Positions 57,457 through 64,000 of a stretch of 64,000 nt of DNA are shown one piece after another. Every line of letters starts with the position of its first letter. Positions within the stretch are counted from its first letter, which is position 1. The position numbers and the translations under genes were made by a program. This DNA comes from Rebecca billardiae RCC1528 (Eukaryota; Protista; Haptophyta). The notes under the pieces were generated by a model, which saw only the letters and a program-made list of their open reading frames with translations, was not told where the DNA came from and did no database searches. The stretch lies in NCBI GenBank assembly GCA_965240325.2, contig OZ251247.1:1-64000 (forward strand), read 5' to 3'.

Positions 57457-58854
57457 TCAGCCGACGCCCCCAGCGCCCGCGTCGTCGCAAGGAGCTCGGC
57501 CGCGCCGTCCGAGTGGCAGGGCACTCCCGACGGCGGCGGCAGGCGGCCACCCGTCGCCCGCCGCGCCGCCACCTCGCGCCCGCCGCGCCTCGCCGGCCCC
57601 GCCGCCACCCCGCGTTTCGGCGCGGAGGCCGCGCCGGCCGGCCGGCGGCGCCGCCAGCTCGGCCGCGTGCACCGGCGGCGGCGGCGGCTCGCCCGGCGCC
57701 TCGGCCAGCCACGCGCGCGCGCGCGCGACGGTGGCGGCGCGCGAGTAGGGCTGCGGCACGTGCGAGGCGAAGCGGCGGGCCGCGGCCGACCGCGCCGCGC
57801 CCACCACCTCGCTCGCGTTCGCCAGGTCGACCGTGTACACGTGCGGCGGGCCGGCGACGGCGGCGAGCGCCGCGTGCTGCGAGTGGCGCGCGCGCTTGGC
57901 CGCCGAGCGCGGCGGGCGGAGCGCCGGGTTGATGAAGGCCGCGCCGCACGCGAGCGCCTCGAGCGGCGAGGGCGAGAGCGGCGGGTCGAGGACGCCGAGC
58001 AGGAACGCGGACGACGCGAGCAGCTGCCCGAACCCGCCCGGACTCGTCGCGCCGAGCAGCCGCACGCCCGGCGGCAAATTGCATGCCTCGTCCGCGCGCA
58101 GGCCGAGCCGTCCGAGCAGCGTGCGGCGCGGCGCGCACGTGGAGGTGAGGTTGGCGCCGTCGGCGAGGAGCGCCTCGAGCGCGGGGCGCGTGTACGCGCG
58201 CCGCGCGCCCTCCGCCGCGCTCGCCTCGTACCGCCCGTCGAAGTACCGCGGCAGCTTGCCCAGCACCACGCCGCCGTACGCGCGCGGCGCGGCGCGCGCA
58301 GCCGCGCAGCCGCGCTCGACGCCGTGCGCCCAGTAGCCGATGAAGCGGCCGCGGCCGTCGGGGTAGGGCAGGAGGATGCGCGCGGCGGGGAGCGCGCACG
58401 CGCCCGTCGCGCGCGCCGCCGCCGCGTCGTTCAGCCGCCCCCAGAAGTCGAAGGCGAAGAGGCGCGCGCGGCCGCGCGCGCCGAGCGCGTCGCAGAAGCG
58501 CGGCGTGAGGAGCCCGACGGTCTCGACGACGATGCGCGCGTGCCCGGCGGCGAGGGCGGCGCGCGCGGTGGCCGCGTCGCACCGCCGCGCGTACGCCGTG
58601 CGCGCGCCCGCCGCCGCCACAGCGATCGCCCACGCGCGCAGCACGTAGTGCTCGCCGGACGGCGGCGAGAGCGCCCAGCGCTCGGCGGACGTCACGTCGC
58701 GGCTCGAGATGAAGAGCACGCTGCCGGTGCTGCTGCTGGGCGGGGCGGCGGCGGCGGCGTCGGGGGGGTGCTCGGCGGGCGCGGGCGCGGCTGCCGGCGC
58801 GCGCGCGGCGAGCGCGGACGCGACGAGTGCGCAGAGCGCGCGCCGCGCCGCCAT
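57457..58854 (-). CDS. Glycosyltransferase family 18 (MGAT5/GnT-V-like beta-1,6-N-acetylglucosaminyltransferase), intronless, 465 aa
   Basis: Hydrophobic N-terminal leader. Motifs are colinear with animal GnT-V as I recall it: PPSGE (GPLGE), FDFWG (LDSFG), FIGY (FLGF), VLGK (VYGK), LLASSAFLLGVLDPPLSPSPLEALACGAAFINP (LFVGLGFPYEGPAPLEAIANGCAFLNP), SQH...GPPHVYTVDLAN (SQHPY...GRPHVWTVDLNN). Confidence 0.85.
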   Translation of the reverse strand: MAARRALCALVASALAARAPAAAPAPAEHPPDAAAAAPPSSSTGSVLFISSRDVTSAERWALSPPSGEHYVLRAWAIAVAAAGARTAYARRCDAATARAALAAGHARIVVETVGLLTPRFCDALGARGRARLFAFDFWGRLNDAAAARATGACALPAARILLPYPDGRGRFIGYWAHGVERGCAAARAAPRAYGGVVLGKLPRYFDGRYEASAAEGARRAYTRPALEALLADGANLTSTCAPRRTLLGRLGLRADEACNLPPGVRLLGATSPGGFGQLLASSAFLLGVLDPPLSPSPLEALACGAAFINPALRPPRSAAKRARHSQHAALAAVAGPPHVYTVDLANASEVVGAARSAAARRFASHVPQPYSRAATVARARAWLAEAPGEPPPPPVHAAELAAPPAGRRGLRAETRGGGGAGEARRARGGGAAGDGWPPAAAVGSALPLGRRGRAPCDDAGAGGVG

Positions 58855-59018
58855 AGTCGTCCCCTGCCCGAGCCGAGGCGATCACCGTATAAGTTATGGA
58901 CGGCCTGGGCGGGATTCTGAGAGGAGTTCGATCAAAGGAATCGGAAATATGGTCCTTTGGTTCGATCTTCATCAGTCGTCGGGCTCGTCAAACTGCTTAG
59001 CACTCGCTACACCTACTA

Positions 59019-60502
59019 CAGGTCGCTGCTTCGTTTTTCGGACTGCTTCGTTTTTCGGACCCGGGCGATGGCGACAGTGGCTCGCTCATCGGCGGGTGCG
59101 TGGCGGGCGCGCCGCGGCAGGGCTGAGCAGCCTGTCGGCGCGTGGGGTGACGTGCCCGTCAGTATACGTCACCAGTCGGGTCGCGGTGCCTGCTGGCATC
59201 GTCCTCGGCCGCTCGCAGCTCAGGCGCTGCGCTGATCGGTACGCCCGCGCTTACGCTGTGCGCGCCGGACGGGCCCAGCGCAAGCGCCTCGATGAAGGCG
59301 GCTAAGGGCGTAAAGCCGTACTCGGTTGAGGCGAAGGCGGAGACCCACGAGATATATCGCGTGGTAGTTGAGAGGGCGGCTGCCATGCGGTGGTGTTGGG
59401 GCGCGCGGCTGCGTGCTCGGCCGACGACAACGAGCCCTCTGGCGCGCTCGCATCATCGAAGTTGCCAGTGTGTTCACAGCCACGCCGGCGGGGATGCGCT
59501 GGAAGATTGCTCCAGCCTTCCGCGCCAACGTTGAGCTTACCAAGCAGTAGTCGGCACGCCAGACCGCCAAGCTCGCGCGCCTGCGTGAGCAGCACGAGGC
59601 CGAACTTGTTGACGTGCGCTAGGCTGAGGCGGTGAGGTTCGACGCGGCTGAGCTCGCCGACCAGCTCAGTATCCTTCCTGTGCCCGCCGTAGAGGTCGCC
59701 GCGCCGAAGCCGGACAACATGCGGCTCAATGGCCAGAATGACTCGTGGTCGTTGCGGGAATTCAACCAGAAGAAGGCCGCGCGAACTGCGCAGAAGGAGG
59801 CGGAGGCAACGCGTGCGCGTGCTGGCCCGCGGTCCGAAAGTTCACCCGGTCGAGGTCGACGGCGAACGCCGGACGGTGCCCGCGACGCAGGGTCTGGAGC
59901 TGACATCGACAGTCGCCTAGTGAGCATGCTTACCTGCCCCTGAGGTTGGCTGCTACACGCACGTGATGTCTGGAATGTATGATGCCCTCAGCCCGACTCG
60001 AATGGCCTACCCGGCCGCAGCTGCTAGCAGACTCCGCGTGCGTGCTGAGAGCATGCGGTCCGAAAGTGGTCGACGGTGCCCGCGGCGGCGCAGCCGCAGC
60101 TGCCGCCTGGGGCTGGCGCGGAAGCTGAGTGAGCATGTTCGTCCGGTCCTGAGGTGGTCTACTGCATGTATGTAATGTCTAGAATGCACGATGCCGTAAG
60201 CCCGACTCACACGGCTCACCAGGCAGCGGCTCTGACTCGGCGCGCGCGCTGAGAGCCCGCGGGTCCGAAAGTTGAAGCATGCCGTCGGCGGCCCCGTCGT
60301 GGACCTCGTGGCGTCCGTGGGGCACATGGTAGTGGAACAAAGTCGTCTAAATGGTACATAGCCGCTGGGTTGTACCTCAGGCACACCCTGGGGGTGCCGC
60401 CAGACGCGATCTCAAGCGCCGCAGACCCCTGGGGGCGCCGCCGCCATCGTGCACAAAAAGTGAACAGCAATCGGCGGGTCCGAAAGTTGAAGCAGCGACC
60501 TG
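59019..60502 (+). mobile_element. Tc1/mariner (pogo-like) deletion derivative with decayed ORF remnant
   Basis: TA|CAGGTCGCTGCTTCGTTTTTCGGAC...GTCCGAAAGTTGAAGCAGCGACCTG|TA (25-bp imperfect TIR, TA TSD). Internal GTCCGAAAGT repeats. A stop-interrupted frame at ~59450-59830 (...QLSILPVPAVEVAAPKPDNMRLNGQNDSWSLREFNQKKAARTAQKEAE) resembles the charged tail of pogo-type transposases (weak). Confidence 0.75.
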
Positions 60503-62650
60503 TACTAAGCAGATGGCTGCCCATCCCCTTACCGCAGTTCAATCCGCTTCGTATGGAAGCAGATTTGACGGCGGCCGCTGCGCGCGCTTTGCGGCCCACC
60601 CACGCGCGCCTGGGCGTTGAACACGGCTTGACAGTGTCCAGGCATGGTCTAGCTACCCTCAGACAGCCGCCAGCCTAGTACCTCCAGCTTCACCGCCTCC
60701 ACGATGGCAACGCGCGGCGGCGCCGAGCTGCCGTCGTGCTGGCTGGGCGCTCGACTGGCCCGCGACACCCGGCTGCACTCCTTGCAGCCGCTTCAAGCAC
60801 GTGGGCGACCGACAAAGATGATTGTAGACACTGCATGTACATACTGCGCGCGTTACTCTGCGCGCGTTCGCATGACCGATCACGCTGAAAGTGCCCACCA
60901 GCCAGCCGCGCGGGACACGCTGAGGCACGGGTCGGGCTCCTTCCTTGCGGCACGCCGCACGCGGTGTGTAATGCACCGAGTGCAAGTCAGGCAGGCGCTT
61001 CGCGGGAGTGGTGGTATCGCTTCTTCGCTTGTCTTGGCGTCGATCGATCGCAGGCGCGACGCGCGTACCCCTCGCAAGTACACCCTCCTCGTGCCGAGTA
61101 CGCTCAGTGTCACTCGCGCGGAGCCCACGGTGAGGGATCTAGTGAGCTCGAGGTGCAGCGTACGAGGCTACGGGCGCTGAGTAGCAGCCTACCGACCAGC
61201 GCACGGGTGACGACCGTCATCCATTATGTTATGATACCCCTCCCAGCCTCACGCAGCAGCCTGACGATCACCCGTCCGCAGCGGTTTGAGCACCATTCCA
61301 AATCTGCTGCTTCGTGGCATGTTCAAACGCTCGTTTGGCACTCCGTCTGGACGCCGTGGCACGGGAGAAGGGGAAGGGCGGTGGCGGCGAGGCTCGGGTC
61401 ATCGATGGGTATGGTCCCAAAGATGCCCCCAAGCGTGCGCGCGCCCGCTCGCGCCGTCTACTCCTGCGCGCCCAGCGCTCCCACGCCGCCGCCCACCAAA
61501 ATCTGCGCTTCGTACTAGAAGCAGACTGCGGTAAGGGGATAGCGCCATGCGGTGCACGCGCGCTCAAGCGCGCCCGCGCGCCCCCGCGAGCAACGGCGAG
61601 CACAGCCGCAACCTGCGGCTCCTGCGGCTCCGGCTCGGCAGCTGGGCGCGGCCGCGGGCGGCGCCGGCCTCGCGCGCGAGCAGCGGCGATGCTTCGAGGT
61701 GCTCGGCGGCGCTCGCGGCCGCGGGCCGGGCGGGTCGACCGCGCTGCTCCCGTGCGGCGCGCACGCAGCCACCAAGCACTCGCAAGCACCCGCGAGCGCT
61801 CGCGCCCCGAGCGGCGCCGCAGCCAGCGCCACACACGCGCCGCCATTAGCCGGTGGGCAGCCGTGTGCGCCGGCCCGCGCCCGAGGCGGCGGCGCTTGGA
61901 CGCGCTCGCTGGCGCTCGACGTCGCGGGCGGTGCGCGTCGGCGCTCCGACACCGGGCTGGATGCCGCGCACCCGAAAGAGCTCACCATCTCCGCGTGCTC
62001 AGAGCAACCGGCCGCGCGCTTACGCAAACTCGCCGCTCGGAGAGTCGCTGTGCGGCCGCCGCGTCGGCGCGTGCCATCTCGAGCTGCTCTCGAGGCGCAG
62101 GAGGAGGAAGGCGGTGCTCAGCACCGCGAACGACTACGGCCATGCTCTCTCGCGAGGTCCGCCGCGCGGCCTTCGCCGCCGATCACGGCCTCTGAGGGCA
62201 GTGGCCAAGGCGCGCGCCGGCAGCCATCGTCAGACTCTGCCGATTCAACTCTCGTGGAACATTCGTCCGCTGCGGCGAGTTTCGTTTCGCGGGAATCGCG
62301 GCCTGATGAATATTCGGACGTTAGTCATTACGGTCGCAGGTGGATCGCGCTCCCTCAAGGCCGCGCTCAAGCCATTCGATCGCGGTTCAGGCTATGCTCT
62401 GCCACCAGCGCCGACTTCGTGTCGACGATCGGGCACTGCCGACGACGAATCAGGAGACCTGCGCCGTCCTACCTGTGTCGTTAAATCATAGAATGGGTAT
62501 AGGCCGCGCGAGTTGACGCCGCTTCGCACTACTACTTGGTCAGACGTCTATCTACACTCTACGGTCCCGGCACACCGAGCTCCCCCCCCCCCACCGCGCG
62601 CTCGCCGGCGCGACCGAAGCGCGCGTGCTGCCCCTCGCCCACGCACGGCG

Positions 62651-64000
62651 ATGCTCCGCGGCTGGACCCTCCCTCGCCGCCTCGGCGCGGCCGGCGCGCC
62701 CGGCGCCAAGCCGCGCGGCGCCGCCGTGAGCCCCGGCGGCGCGCTCGAGCCGGCGCCGGCGCCCGCGCCCGCGGCGGCGGACCGCTGGTCGGCGGCGGAC
62801 GCGGACATCGCCGCGCACCTGGACATCCAGCCCGCCGCCTTCTCGCGCTGGGGCGTCTTCGCCGACCCCGCCGTCGAGGCCGCGTACGTGCGGCACGAGC
62901 TGCGCGGCCGCTTTGCGCGCGCCGTCCCGCGCGTGATGTTTGTGTTCGTGGTGCTCACCGCAACGGTCGTGGTGCGCGAGGCGGCGCTGAGCCGCACGGT
63001 CCTCCGAGCCTCCTCGCTCTTCACGCTCACGCTCTGCGTCACCTGCGCCGCGCTCGGCGCGGGCGTGCCGCTCGCGCTGCGGCGCGGCGCGCCGATGGGC
63101 GCGGTGTCGGGCGCGTTCACGCTCGGCCTGTCGGCGATGAGCGCGGCCGGCCAGTTCTCGCACCCGTACCGCGCGGCGCTGCTCTCGGGCGACGCGTCCT
63201 TCCTCGCCGCCTCCGACGCCGCCGGCCTCTCCTGGTCCCAGGCCTCGCTCTACCTGCGCGCGCTCGCCTTCCTGATGACGGTCGGGCTCTTCACGCCGCT
63301 GCAGCCGCGCCAGTTTGCGGGCGCGGGCGTGGTGACGACGGCGGCGACGGTGGCGGCGCAGCTGGTCGCGCCGCTCCCGCCGAGCGGCGACGCGACGCGC
63401 GACACGCTCATCTCCGGCCTCATCCTCGCCCTCATCTTCGCCGCGCACGCGCGGCTCGTGCGCGCCGAGCGCACGCGCTACCACTTCCACCGCGCCGTGT
63501 ACGCGGCCGTGGTCGAGCGTCAGTCGCTCGAGCGGCAGGAGCACGAGCAGCGGCTGCGCGCGTCGCAGGCGGAGGCGGCGACGCAGGCGCGCGCGCGGCT
63601 CATCCGCGTCGTGATGCACGACCTGCGCTCGCCGCTCCTCTCCGTCGCCAGCATGGCCGAGACGCTCGCCGCGCGGCCGCTCGGCACGCGGCTCGGCGCG
63701 CCGCCGGTGCGGCGCGCGGTCGAGTCGATGTGCGCGTGCGCGCGGCTGATGGAGAACATCGTGAGCGACATGCTCGGTGCGGGGCGCGGCGCGGCGCGCG
63801 CTGCCGCCCGCGCCCGCGCCCGCGCTCACGCCCGCGCGCCTCGCCCCCCGCGCCGCGCCCGCCGCCCGCCGCGCGCGCCCCAGACTTTGAGCGCATCGAC
63901 AGCGGGCGTCTGCAGCTGGTGCACGGCAGCTTCTCCGCGCGGCAGCTGCTCGCCTCCTCGCTCGCCACCTTCGCGCCGCTCGCCGCGAAGAAGGGCGTCG
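62651..64000 (+). CDS. Multi-pass membrane sensor histidine kinase, 5' part (runs off the window)
   Basis: Manual translation from ATG 62651 gives about 5-6 hydrophobic segments, a coiled coil, and the HisKA H-box LIRVVMHDLRSPLLSV. An intron at 63777-63883 (GT...CAG) restores IVSDML-DFERIDSGRLQL, the typical DHp-to-HATPase linker. It is absent from the supplied ORF track. Confidence 0.9.
   Translation, partial: MLRGWTLPRRLGAAGAPGAKPRGAAVSPGGALEPAPAPAPAAADRWSAADADIAAHLDIQPAAFSRWGVFADPAVEAAYVRHELRGRFARAVPRVMFVFVVLTATVVVREAALSRTVLRASSLFTLTLCVTCAALGAGVPLALRRGAPMGAVSGAFTLGLSAMSAAGQFSHPYRAALLSGDASFLAASDAAGLSWSQASLYLRALAFLMTVGLFTPLQPRQFAGAGVVTTAATVAAQLVAPLPPSGDATRDTLISGLILALIFAAHARLVRAERTRYHFHRAVYAAVVERQSLERQEHEQRLRASQAEAATQARARLIRVVMHDLRSPLLSVASMAETLAARPLGTRLGAPPVRRAVESMCACARLMENIVSDMLGAGRGAARAAARARARAHARAPRPPRRARRPPRAPQTLSASTAGVCSWCTAASPRGSCSPPRSPPSRRSPRRRAS

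Overview
Very GC-rich eukaryotic DNA with (CCCTAA)n telomere repeats and short GT-AG introns that often start GTGCGC. This fits a haptophyte-like alga, but that assignment is inference only. A 200-N gap (44519-44718) splits the window into two parts. LEFT (1-44518): a head-to-tail, minus-strand tandem array of ten intact, intronless F-box + 7-bladed RCC1-repeat genes, plus an eleventh cut by the window edge. Their frameworks are nearly identical, while the loops predicted to form one propeller face are hypervariable. The copies are patchworks of each other, which is the signature of a diversifying SCF substrate-receptor repertoire. Each unit carries a 3' flank copied from the neighbouring 5-exon coiled-coil/beta-strand gene, which shows how the array arose. 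Several unrelated DNA transposons (nested foldback, P-like, Tc1/mariner-like, Harbinger-like, Helentron-like) sit only in the spacers, four of them 85-105 bp upstream of an ATG. RIGHT (44719-64000): a chromosome end with the telomere tract, a 204-bp subtelomeric satellite, a mosaic of degenerate repeats, a GT18/MGAT5-like glycosyltransferase, a pogo/Tc1-like relic, and the 5' part of a multi-TM sensor histidine kinase that the ORF track missed. All alignments were made by eye; no database searches were run.
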